Origin: Octopus sinensis
Taxonomy: Eukaryota
Assembly: GCF_006345805.1 (NCBI RefSeq)
Contig: NW_021833747.1
Location: 1-64,000, forward strand
Direction: 5' to 3'
Length of the DNA stretch: 64,000 nt
This document shows positions 13,383 through 25,808 of the stretch, one piece after another. Under the pieces are notes generated by a model. That model was not told where the DNA came from. It did no database searches and saw only the letters and a list, made by a program, of their open reading frames with translations. Within the stretch, counting starts at the first letter, position 1; each line of letters opens with the position of its first letter. Made by a program: the position numbers and the translations under genes.

Positions 13383-13937
13383 TGCCCTGATGCAGTACCA
13401 GGCAGTGGCTCTCATGGCTTCTGATCTTAACTGATTGGAAGTGTTATCATGTACATTGTTTTGTCTTGGTATAAAAGATGGGCTACAGCAAATATTCTGC
13501 TCAATACCACAGATTTGCTTGTCAGTTGTTTGACCTTAACCAGTTGAGCATGTCCCGTAGTGGCTGACGATATGTGCATCTCTGATCACGAGCAGAAGTA
13601 GTGGGGGAGCATCATAGCCATGTGTTGAGAGGGATTCTTTGGGGTTTGAATAGTTCACCTTTGGAAACATGGGTGGTTCTTTCAACATCCTTAAACAACC
13701 CTTATTCAGGGACCGTTTGAGCGGGATGGGCTACTCAACCTGAAGAAAATTCTAACTGGGCCCCACCTGCAAGGTCATGTGCTGTTTATCTTGATATGAG
13801 ATCACCATGTCGCGCACATATGGTTGTGATGCATGTGCCTGGTGTACCTTTATCAGACGGGTAGTCATGATGGGTATATTGGGCTTCGTATATTTTATCC
13901 CAGTGTCACTTTGATGGCATGAACTGCTCTCTCACTC
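13383..13937 (+). mobile_element. Unclassified (AAT)n-embedded element X, longer copy (555 bp)
   Basis: About 90 bp longer at the 5' side than 12145-12607, identical 3' end, no ORF. Confidence 0.7.
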
Positions 13938-13994
<57 letters not shown>

Positions 13995-14850
13995 CTACAT
14001 CAAAGAAAATACTGCTTTCAAATTTTGGCACAAGACCAACATTTTCTGTGACGATGGGTTAGTTGATTACTTCAAATGATACTATTTCGTTCCAATAGGA
14101 TAAATGGTAATCCGAACTCGCCAGAATTTGAAGAAAGAACGTAAATACCACTAGGTATTTTGTCCGGCGTGCTAGCGATTCAGTCAGCTCGCCGCTTTAA
14201 ACAGTATGAAACACAATTGGCTACAGTAACAGCAGAGCACTAACACGCCAACAGTTGTGTTGTAACCCCTTTCAGTCATGAATAACCATGGGATTACGCC
14301 TAGAAAGTTACCCTTCGAGACACAAGTCTGGACAAGGTTGTTTATGGAAGACCAGCAGTCGCCCATGGCATACTGGCCTCCACTCTCCACGCCACCGATG
14401 TTATCCAAGGGAAAGGCAACAGCATATACAGCTTGGCATCTGTGGCGTCGCAGTTCATTTATTAACGTGCAAGTGGCTGAGCACTCCACAGACACGTGTA
14501 CAGTTAACGTAGTTCTCAGGGAGATTCAGCGTGACACAGAATGTGACAAGGCTGGCCCTTTGAAATACAGGTACAACAGAAACAGGAAGAAAGAGTGAGT
14601 GAAAGTTGTGGTGAAAGAATACAGTGGGGTTCACCACAACCCCCTGCCAGAGGTCGTGGAGCTTTAAGTGTTTTCGTTCAATAAACCCTCGCAACGCCCT
14701 GTCTGGGATCGAAACCGCGATCATAGGACCGCGACTCCGCTGCCCTAGCCACTGGGCCAATGCGCCTCGACACATGCCAACAGTACTTACAATTATTACC
14801 AACACTGTACCGTCACCACCACAACCATCACTACAACAACAACAACAACA

Positions 14851-14881
<31 letters not shown>

Positions 14882-14962
14882 ACTACTACCTCCACTACCT
14901 CCACTACTACTACTACCCCCACTACTAATACTACCCCCACTACTACTACTAATACTACCCCC

Positions 14963-15008
<46 letters not shown>

Positions 15009-15051
15009 TACCGCCTCACTACTACTACTACTAGTAGTAATAATAATAATA

Positions 15052-15085
<34 letters not shown>

Positions 15086-16054
15086 CTACATCAAAGAAAA
15101 TACTGCTTTCAATTTTGGCACAAGACCAACATTTTCTGTGACGATGGGTTAGTTGATTACTTCAAATGATACTATTTCGTTCCAATAGGATAAATGGTAA
15201 TCCGAACTCGCCAGAATTTGAAGAAAGAACGTAAATACCACTAGGTATTTTGTCCGGCGTGCTAGCGATTCAGTCAGCTCGCCGCTTTAAACAGTATGAA
15301 ACACAATTGGCTACAGTAACAGCAGAGCACTAACACGCCAACAGTTGTGTTGTAACCCCTTTCAGTCATGAATAACCATGGGATTACGCCTAGAAAGTTA
15401 CCCTTCGAGACACAAGTCTGGACAAGGTTGTTTATGGAAGACCAGCAGTCGCCCATGCATACTGGCCTCCACTCTCCACGCCACCGATGTTATCCAAGGG
15501 AAAGGCAACAGCATATACAGCTTGGCATCTGTGGCGTCGCAGTTCATTTATTAACGTGCAAGTGGCTGAGCACTCCACAGACACGTGTACAGTTAACGTA
15601 GTTCTCAGGGAGATTCAGCGTGACACAGAATGTGACAAGGCTGGCCCTTTGAAATACAGGTACAATAGAAACAGGAAGAAAGAGTGAGTGAAAGTTGTGG
15701 TGAAAGAATACAGTGGGGTTCACCACAACCCCCTGCCAGAGGTCGTGGAGCTTTAAGTGTTTTCGTTCAATAAACCCTCGCAACGCCCTGTCTGGGATCG
15801 AAAAACCGCGATCATAGGACCGCGACTCCGCTGCCCTAGCCACTGGGCCAATGCGCCTCGACACATGCCAACAGTACTTACAATTATTACCAACACTGTA
15901 CCGTCACCACCACACAACCATCACTACAACAACAACAACAACAACTACTACTACTACTACTACTACTATACTACTACTACTACCTCCACTACCTCCACTA
16001 CTACTACTACCCCCACTACTAATACTACCCCCACTACTACTACTAATACTACCC

Positions 16055-16103
<49 letters not shown>

Positions 16104-16131
16104 TACCGCCTCACTACTACTACTACTAGTA

Positions 16132-16133
<2 letters not shown>
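13995..16133. repeat. Near-identical tandem duplication, period ~1091 bp
   Basis: ctacatcaaagaaaatactgc starts at 13995 and 15086; the units differ mainly by 1-2 bp indels and microsatellite length. Confidence 0.9.
14265..14768 (-). mobile_element. Chimeric SINE: family D head/body joined to family E tail (repeated at ~15355-15859)
   Basis: 14461-14768 matches the D copy at 18595-18980; 14265-14460 matches the E tail at 56520-56717. Confidence 0.8.
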
Positions 16134-16176
<43 letters not shown>

Positions 16177-16428
16177 GTGCTCATGGGAACTGCTCATATC
16201 CTACGCAAAATACTCTCTATGTAATCCCAAGGTTTAAAACCAACTTAAAAATTTTTTTTTTATTTAAACTATGTATTAGACATTCACTAGTACAACACCA
16301 AAAAAAAACCCAAATATATGGCACACTAGGCATAACAACAACGTGAACTTCCAACCTGTTGTCTCTTGAGGTCTCTGGGTGAGACTTGGAGCCAACTTGT
16401 ACAGACATAAAGCAAAAGTCAAACATAG
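16177..16428 (+). mobile_element. Second R4/Dong-type LINE 3' end (different 3' UTR)
   Basis: VLMGTAHILRKILSM* is homologous to ALLGTAYILRRTLSIQ* at 13.2 kb; (AAT)n on both sides. Confidence 0.75.
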
Positions 16429-16817
16429 AATAATAATAATAATGTTAAGTGCTACTAAGAGTCTTTTCTACTAAAGGCTGAAAGCCTGAAAATTCGGAGC
16501 TATGGTTAGTCGATTATATCGACCGCGGTACATAACTGGTACTTATTTCATGGACCCCCTCCCCACGGAAAGGATGAAAGGCAAAGTCAACTTCGGCAGC
16601 ATTTCAACTTCTACTTTCAAGACATACGAAATACTACTAAGCATTTCGCCCGGCTTCAAGTGTCACTAATAATACAATTAGTTCAACTAAAACCGGTATG
16701 TTGAGTATCCAATGAATGTTTATAAAAGACTGTGATTATAAAAGGGGAAACATTGACATCGACTTATTACAAGTAATTACGATATTTTTTTTTGTTATGT
16801 TGTTCTTTTGTGTAAGA

Positions 16818-16979
16818 GGAGTGAGTGGCTGTGTAGTAAGTAGCTTGCTTACCAACCACACGTGGCTCCGGGTTCAGTCCCAATACGTGGTACCTTGGGT
16901 AAGTGCCTTCTACTATAGCCTCGGACCGACCCAAGCCTTGTGACTGGATTTGATAGACGGAAACTGAAAGAAGCACGCC

Positions 16980-16980
<1 letters not shown>
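16818..16980 (+). mobile_element. SINE family B 5' half
   Basis: ggagtgagtggctgtgtagtaag...gggttcagtccc...ccttgggtaagtg...aaactgaaagaagc, then (TA)n. Confidence 0.8.
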
Positions 16981-17032
<52 letters not shown>

Positions 17033-17218
17033 TATTTTATTTCGTATATTTTTCACTTGTTTATGGTTTTGTGTTGAGTTTGATCTGAGAACATAATCTT
17101 TTGTGGTGAATGGCGATTTGACGTCTATATCTAGTTGTACTGTCCACTTTTCGTGTTCAGTCCTTAATTGGTATATATATATATATATATTATAATATAT
17201 TATATATCAATATACATT

Positions 17219-17635
17219 AGTGGCTGTGTGGTAAGTATCTGCTTACCAACAACATAGCTCCGTGTTCAGTTCCACTGCGTGGCACCTTGGACAACTGTCT
17301 TCTACTATAGCCTCGAGCCGACCAAGGCTTCGTGAGAGGATTTGGTAGACAAAAACTGAAAGAAGCCCGTCGTATATATATATATATATATTTATATATG
17401 TGAGCGTGTGTGTGTGTTTGTGTGTCTGTGTTTGTCCCCCCCCCCTGCCTAACATCGCTTGACAGCTGTTGCGGGTGTGATACGTCTCGGTAACTTAGCG
17501 GTTCGGTGAAAGGAACACGATAGAATAAGTACTAGGCTTACAAAGAATAAGTCCTGGGGTCGACTTTTTCGGCTAACGGGCGCTGCTCCAGCATGGCTGC
17601 AGTCAAATGACTGAAACAAATAAAAGAATAAAAGA
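17219..17635 (+). mobile_element. SINE family B (tRNA-like head, internal TA/TG microsatellite, taaaagag tail)
   Basis: Collinear with 34706-35117. Confidence 0.85.
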
Positions 17636-18102
17636 AAAAATATATATAAGTGTGGGTATGCGTGTGTGTGTGTGTATGTGTGTTTGTGTGAATTCAGCAG
17701 CAACATACCACACCTTACCTTAACGTACCATAGCAGTGGTCCTTGTGTTATTGATTAGCCTTGCAGTTGGCTGACGAGCGATCATTTTAGAGACACATGC
17801 TTGCATAAAATACTACATATATTCCCATACTTACACACACGCACATAACCAGGTATGTACCTGTCCATATTGCTAACACATTCATGAAATTACATAGGCA
17901 CGTATATGCATAATACATCCAGAAATGTAAACATTGAAACACCCAAATACTACACACGCATGTAGTCAAATGTATATATACGAACACCGTTAAACTTATG
18001 CAAAGAAATACAATGCATTCGTGAATACAAAATCTACGGGGATGCTTATAGTTGCATATCTCTGCCTGTCTCTCTCTCTCCCTTTCTCTCTATATATGTA
18101 TG

Positions 18103-18156
<54 letters not shown>

Positions 18157-18320
18157 CAGACATACTCATATGCATATATAATCATATAAATATATGTGTG
18201 TGAATGTGTGTGCGAGCGCGCGCGTGTGTGCATACACACGCACGCACGCGCACACGCGCACACACACATACACACACATACACACACACACACAAACACA
18301 TATATATATATATATATATG

Positions 18321-18579
18321 TGGAGGCGCAATGGCCCAGTAGTTAGGGCAGCGGACTCGCGGTCATAGGATCGCGGTTTCGATTCCCACACCGGGCGTTG
18401 AGAGTGTTTATTGAGCGAAAACACCTAAAGCTCCACGAGGCTCCGGCAGGGGATGGTGGTGATCCCTGCTGTACTCTTTCACCACAACTTTCTCTCACTC
18501 TTACTTCCTCGTGGAGGTTTTAAGTGTTTTCGCTCAATAAACACTCCGCTGCCCTAACGACTGGGACATTGCGCCTCCA
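18321..18579. mobile_element. SINE family D head (+, 18321-18509) fused to an inverted, deleted D head (-, 18510-18579)
   Basis: tggaggcgcaatggcccagtagttagg A box and ggtttcgattccc B box, followed by the reverse-complement head ending gcgcctcca. Confidence 0.8.
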
Positions 18580-18594
18580 TATATATATATATAT

Positions 18595-18980
18595 GGGATG
18601 GAAGCACTCCGTCGGTTACGACAACGAGGGTTCCGGTTGATCCGATCAACGGAACAGCCTGCTCGTGAAATTAACGTGTAAGTGGCTGAGCACTCCACAG
18701 ACACGTGTACCCTTAACGTAGTTCTCGGGGATATTCAGCGTGACACAGAGAGTGACAAGGCCAGCCCTTAGAAATACAGGTACAACAGAAACAGGAAGTA
18801 AGAGTGAGAGAAAGTTGTGGTGAAAGAGTACAGCAGGGATCACCACCATCCCTGCGGGAGCCTCGTGGAGCTTTAGGTGTTTTCGCTCAATAAACACTCA
18901 CAACGCCCGGTCTGGGAATCGAAACCGCGATCCTACGACCGCGAGTCCGCTGCCCTAACCACTGGGCCATTGCGCCTCCA
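18595..18980 (-). mobile_element. SINE family D, full length
   Basis: tRNA-like head at the 18980 end; the 3' ~170 bp is shared with family C (35242-35565). Confidence 0.85.
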
Positions 18981-19379
18981 CATATATATATATATATATT
19001 TCTGCGCAATATATATATATACGCAATGAGTCTCTGTACACTTTCCATCTACCAAATGTACTCGTCTTTCGGTGGTGGTCCCGGGGCTGTAGTAGAAGAC
19101 AGATATCTAATAAAACCGTGCAATGGGACTGAACGGGAAATTACGCGGTTGCTAATCGTACCCTTTAACCAGACATCCAAGCCTGCGCTTGTATTTGCAT
19201 AAATTTAATAAGTAAACTATACTCGTTTGTTTTCGTGAGAGCGCGAGAGAGAGATAGAGAAAGAAAGACGCAGAGAAGGAGATGCATATAAATAATCGCA
19301 ATGCATTTAATTGGTCGCCCTGTGTCTATTTAGACTAAGTCTATTTAAGGACATCCTTCTGAAACAATTTCTTAAAACA

Positions 19380-20674
19380 CCAATAGCTGTATCAAAGATG
19401 ATTTGGACATTTTAAACCACCTCCCCCAAAACGTCAAGTATCAGCAAAGAATTCCTAATCAAATAGGCTGAATTCATCCTACGAAACAACCACTTTATGT
19501 TTGACAACACGTTTTATCGACAAAATTCGGAATTGCCATGGGTACTAGGGCAGCCCCGGTCATTGCGAACCTAACAATGGGCTATATAGAAAGAATAATA
19601 TAATAGGAATCTTTATCTATCTTTGGAAACCCTCTTTCTCACTACATAAAAGAAAATTGGAAAAGATTCCCAGAGCACTGTTTCATTTTCTGGAATGAAA
19701 ACACACGAAATTCAAAAGACTATTAAATAGCGTCAACCCAAACATAATGGAATACAACGAAAAGGAGCTCTCATTCTTGGATATACAAATTAAAAAATAA
19801 ACCTAAAAATACAAACATGCATATTTTTTCAAAACCACAGACGCCATACAATATCTACCGTTTGATTCATGCTACCCAAGACACACCTAAACGAACATTC
19901 CCTTCAGCCTTGCATGAAGGTTATGCACAATAGTGTCAGAAAAATTACTAGAGCCTTTAGATTGCAAGAACTCAAAAACACTGATTGACAGACACTACCC
20001 AGTTCAGCTCGTAGAGGATGGAATCAAACGTGCAACACAAATCGACATAGAAAACTTAAGAAAAGTTCAACACAGCAACACACCTTCACCGAAAATACTG
20101 CCGTACATATCCACATACAACCCCAGAAACAAAGAAGCCTTCACCATCATCACTCCAAATTTACCAATGCTACATAGGGAAATTTTACACACACATAAAA
20201 AGCCACAAACAACCGATATCACTAAAAAAGTTCCTCACAAAGGCAGAATTATTTTCTATAATAACGGACGCAAAAGTGAATAAACGTGGTCGACCAAATT
20301 GCGCAACATGCCCAAACTTTCTAGAAGGATCAGAATTCTTTTTCAAAGAGTGACAACAATTCAAAATCAAATGTGACTTAATCTGTGACTCAAAAAGCCT
20401 GATTTATGTTATAAGATGCTCGTGCTGCCATCAAAACTACATAGGAATCACGAGATTATCGCTCAGACGCAGATGCACTCTGCACCGACTGCAGATTGCA
20501 TTCCCAGAATACAGAGTGATGCCCTTTATTGAATACATTGAAAAATGCGCTAAGTAACTGCTAGTAATCCTTCTATTTTATCAATGTGCCATTGGTACAC
20601 AAACATAAGTTAGATTAAATAAGGAAACCTACTTCGTTGAAAATTATAAGCCAGAACTTAACCATTTTGAAATA
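19380..20674 (+). mobile_element. Decayed Penelope-like element (RT C-half + Cys-rich linker + GIY-YIG endonuclease), Neptune/Poseidon-like
   Basis: Piecewise translation across frameshifts: NHFMFDNTFYRQ, GIAMGTRAAPVIANLTMG, ELSFLD, YLPFDSCYP, GRPNCATC, LIYVIRCSCCHQNYIGIT, KETYFV..YKPELN. Confidence 0.85.
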
Positions 20675-22559
20675 AGGAAACTTACCCCTTTCAAAAAAAT
20701 ATAAAGTAAAACTTAACCACTTTTAACATTGTATTCTTTCTAGACCAAATCATGTTAAATTAATAAAAATTAGTCCTTCCCAACATTTTTGATTATCTCC
20801 CTTATACCGAAAAAATCCCCTGACTACCTTCCCCTATCTGGAACGCTCATATTTCACATCCTAGCGAAAAGATGACACAATATCGGTAAAGTAATTTGAG
20901 AAATTTGAAAACAAAATACGAAACCGGTTATTTCTCCATAATAATGTTACTATACACAAAATTTATAACATTTTTCTAACATGCCGATTTAAATATATAC
21001 TTTAACCATATAACACAAGTCTTCTGTAGTTTCTTCACTTTATTTTGTCTTATACATCCAACCACATGCTTTCACATACCAACTCTCTCACCTATATACA
21101 TATATATATATACATACATAAATTCATACATACATATATCTATACGTACATATATGCACACACATAACGATTATTTCCGCATATATAAGAATAAAGTACT
21201 CAATACCTGTGTTGGAATTTATATTTATTTAAAAGAGACAGCTTTTCACTCTGCTGCTATCCAATGCTTCTTACAGGCAACGATCGTCACAGGAGATTGT
21301 TACCCTCAAACGATATTTTAGTCGTAAATACATCTGGACCGGCATTATGTTCGCAGTTGTACTTGTAAAATCGTTTCTCATTTGTTATTGCTGGTCATTT
21401 GGTCAGACTTGTCGTGACTTGCAGAGCCACCATTTTGAAGTAACTGGCTTGTAGACAAATCACTCCGCGAGGTTGTTTGGGACTAGCTTATATCGATATA
21501 ATAACCGATGTTGAGGGCTGTGACGCCTGGACATCTCATGATTTCATTTTTCGACGGAAATCTCAGCCGGTACCGGCAAATGGTTAATTCATCTGATCAC
21601 TGGTTGCTCAGGTCCTGTGACATTTTAGTTTGGAAGAGCCTATTATTCCGTATCCCTCTAAAGTCGAGAGTGGTGTTCCTGAAAATAGACAGCCTTTTTA
21701 ACTTTAGCCCATGAATTTCTCGATGAAGTAGCGTACATGGTGATGGGAACGATCTTTGAATGTGTTTAGAGTTAGACCTGTATGATTCCATACCTTCTAG
21801 AAATGACATAGTTGATATCTGATTCTTTCATGGGGTGCGTTATTCTGAGTGAAGATGCTGACAGATTGTGACAAGTATACTTTGTCAGATGGATGAGGGG
21901 CAGAGTGAGAGTGTATAGGTAGAATCTGATGAGAGAATACCTTTTCAAGAATAATTAACGTTTCTTTTTGCTATGAAAGTTCAGAAGATTATGTTATTTG
22001 GGCTGAGTGGAAAGAGGTCAAATTTTATAGTTAGGTCATAACATTACTCCTATCATAAATCTTACAGTCAGCCACTAGAAAACTCACACAAATCAACCTC
22101 TTCTAAATTGTGAGACGGCTATCGTTGACAACAAAGCATGCTCAACACGTGAAAGAGTGTGCTTTTCAGTATGAGGATTGAAATGGTATGTCAAAAACTT
22201 CGTACTGAGGCACCAGTGCAAATCTTTACCCAGGCTCAAGAGTCATACCAGGGCCTTATATTGCATCACCAATGACTCACTTCAATGATTCTTTTTAACA
22301 ACGGCTTTGCGCGTATATGAGAAAGCAGCTACTATATATATATATATACAAACATATACATACATATACATACATATACATACATACATATATACATAAT
22401 ACAAACATACATATAAACATACATACATACACACCCACACCCAGACACACACACGCACACACACAGACATATATATATAAATGAAATGCCACTATTATGA
22501 GATAGGGAGTAAGTTGACACTTTCATTGCTGGATAGTTACACGTCTAGTTAAGTATCAT

Positions 22560-22745
22560 GATAATTATAAAGCTATATATACATACATGCTTACATACAT
22601 ACATACATACATACATACACACATACATACACACACACACACATATCTATATGCATATACACATATACATCCATATATACATACAGATATATATATATTA
22701 TATATACATATATATACATACAGATATATATATATATACATATAG

Positions 22746-22810
<65 letters not shown>

Positions 22811-22987
22811 TACATATATATATACATATATATATTATTATATATACATATATATACATACATATATATATGTATATATACTCAGATATACATATATATA
22901 TATGAACATATAACATATATATATATACATATATATACGTATATACATACATATATATATGTATGCATATATATATATATATATATA

Positions 22988-23020
<33 letters not shown>

Positions 23021-23033
23021 CATATATACACAA

Positions 23034-23064
<31 letters not shown>

Positions 23065-23981
23065 CATATATATATATACACACACACTCACATATATATA
23101 TCCAACTGACAACGACGCTCACAATGATTGGACAGTTGAGAAATTAATTATACATTATTGCTTGCTCGGTGAATTATAGCTGTAACAGTTTTATTGCTAA
23201 AACCTCCAACACTCAAACACTCAATCTCTCATCATCCCTTTCACCTTTCTCAATCTCTTCCTCTTTCTCTCTTCGCCTTTCTCTTTTTCCCTCTCACTCC
23301 CTTTGCCTTTCTCTTTTCATTCTTACTCTCTCTTTTCCTCGATCTTTCCACTCTACACGCTCTTTATCCTATGCACGTTATCGGTAATATAGCGTTCTGA
23401 TTTTTCCTATTTATCGATTGCGCTTACATGCACACAAACACACACATACATACATACATACATACATACATACATACATACATACACATATATATATATA
23501 TATACATATTTGCATACATACACACACATACATACACACGTTCATACATACATGTATACACACATACATACATACATGCATACATACATACACATATACA
23601 TACATTTATACATAAATACACACACATATATAGATATATCCATACATATACACATACATACACATACATACACATATACATGCATACATAAACAGGCACG
23701 CATACATTTATACATGCATACACACATACATAATACACTCATTCATACATACACGCATACATACACACATACATACACTCATTCATACATACACACATAC
23801 ATACACACACATATATACAGACACACATACATACATGCAAACATACATACATACGTTCATACAACATACATACATATATATACAACATATATACATGCAT
23901 ATACGCATACATATATATACACACATACATACATGCATACATACATACATACACACATACATACATACATAAATATATACA

Positions 23982-24015
<34 letters not shown>

Positions 24016-24460
24016 CATACATACATACATACGTACATATTTCGTTATTTGTTTACCTATAAGGCGGCGAGCTGGCAGAAACGTTAGCACACCTTGCGAA
24101 GTGCTTAGCGGCATTTCGTCTGTCTTCATGTTCTGAGTTCAAATTCCGCGCAGAGAGACTTTGCCTTTCATTCTTTCGGGGTCGATGAATTAAGTACCAG
24201 TTAGGTACTGAGGTCGACCTTATCGACTGGCCCCCTCCACAAAACTATCGCGCCCTGTGCCTAGAGTAGAAAAGAACATTGCGTTCTGATTTTTCCTATT
24301 CATCGATCGCGTTTACATACATACACACACACATACATACATACACACATACATAACTATATAAATGCATACATACATTCATACTTACATACACACATAC
24401 ACACATACATACATACATACACACATACATAACTATATAAATGCATACATACATTCATAC
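22560..24460. repeat. Long (TA)n/(TACA)n microsatellite field
   Basis: Direct inspection; interrupted by a CT-rich tract and a SINE at 24061-24275. Confidence 0.9.
24061..24275 (+). mobile_element. SINE family A monomer with alternative tail
   Basis: ggcggcgagctggcagaaacgttagc head; tail ccctgtgcctagagtagaaaag. Confidence 0.85.
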
Positions 24461-25639
24461 TTACATACCCAAACTTCTTTTTGGGTAAGGTAGAATTATT
24501 TAATATTTAATTCTTATGCTTTCCTAAAAACTTGATTTCGAAACGTGCGTCCGTAGATAACTTAAAATTGTATGATAGATTGCCGTCAATTCATTCTCTC
24601 TTACCTGTTTGTGTCTGCCTTCCAATTGCTGTTTTTACTGAGATCTCCCTTTTTAGTAGAAGAAATAGCTATAACTCTTTGACTGCTATTTCTAAATTCG
24701 GTATGTGGTAAGGCAATTCGTTGCTAAACCCTTTATTGCTTAGTATATATATATTTATATATATATATATATATATATTTCATATATTATATGTATATAG
24801 AAATATGTAAACTGGTTTTATTAACTGAATTGCCTTAAAGATATGACGATTTGTGCCCTCGTACTGCGGATTTCCGCTCGTATTTCAAGACAAAAATTCT
24901 CAGAAGTGTCGGCTTGTACAGCAAATTACTCGTACAATGAGGCACTCGTACTACGAGGTGCTATTGTGTATATATCACCCCCCCCCACACACACATATTT
25001 ATATACATACTGACATTCCTCTAACATGAAGAAGACATCTCCAACTCTTCTAGATCTCACCTTCATTCAAGAGTCTATTCAACATTCATTTTGCAAAATG
25101 TGTCTGGTATATATAATTTGGGATCAATAGGAAATGTAAAAACAAATAATAAACCTAGGTAATAAAATATCTTTAGATGTTATAATAGCGCAAATTATAG
25201 TTACATTAAAGGTTTTTAAGACAACTTGTTCCTTAGGCACAAAATAAAATATATTATCTTGGGAATAGATGAACAAGCGATAAAGTAATTAAAATTTTGA
25301 AAATTTCAGCAATTAAAATCTTACAATTAAATTAATAACGTTGTGAAAATTGACGTACAATAAAGATGTTGATGGAGAGCAAATATAATATCATTCAACC
25401 ACGGCAGTGGTTGAATATATGCTTAAGGCCACCATTTCGTTAATGGCATCAGCTTCCAAGCTTCACCACTAGATTGGAAACTGTTAATAGTTTTCAAGAG
25501 GACACTCCCTCAGCTACACTTTGGCATAAATAGTCTGAGATTTGGTTCAGTAGGAAAAAAAAATTACATCAAAATATTTGTGACCCCTAAGGGGAGCAGT
25601 AACGTATTCATCTTCAATTAACACAATTTTTTAATGTTA

Positions 25640-25775
25640 TTTACATTATTGACATTCGACGGATATTTGTCCTCATCTTGTTTGTTGTTAACACAACGTT
25701 TCGGCTGATATACCCTCCAGCCTTCTTCAGGTGTCTTGGGGAAATTTCGAACATGGGCTGTCATTCCTAAGGTAT
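25640..25775 (-). mobile_element. Penelope-LTR-like repeat carrying a minimal hammerhead motif (25690-25735)
   Basis: Minus strand reads GACAC-CTGAAGA-A-GGCTG(gagggtatat)CAGCC-GAAAC-GTT-GTGTT; homologous copies at 31407-31498 and 31507-31591. Confidence 0.65.
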
Positions 25776-25808
25776 TATCTTATAACAGCAATGCCTGGAA
25801 AAATCATG

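Noticed and set aside
13383-13445. HDV-like ribozyme at the 5' end of element X
   Set aside because: I could not build P1/P3 pairings by hand.
23392-24320. Long TSD around the SINE at 24061 (40-bp repeat gcgttctgatttttcctatt... at 23392 and 24281)
   Set aside because: The unique sequence just 5' of the SINE is not repeated on the right, so it does not fit a clean TSD; it is only a local duplication.
24520-24556. Hammerhead-like GAAACGTGCGTC; similar partial motifs near 28060-28095 and 39095-39115 (minus)
   Set aside because: The CUGANGA core or stem I is missing or ambiguous.
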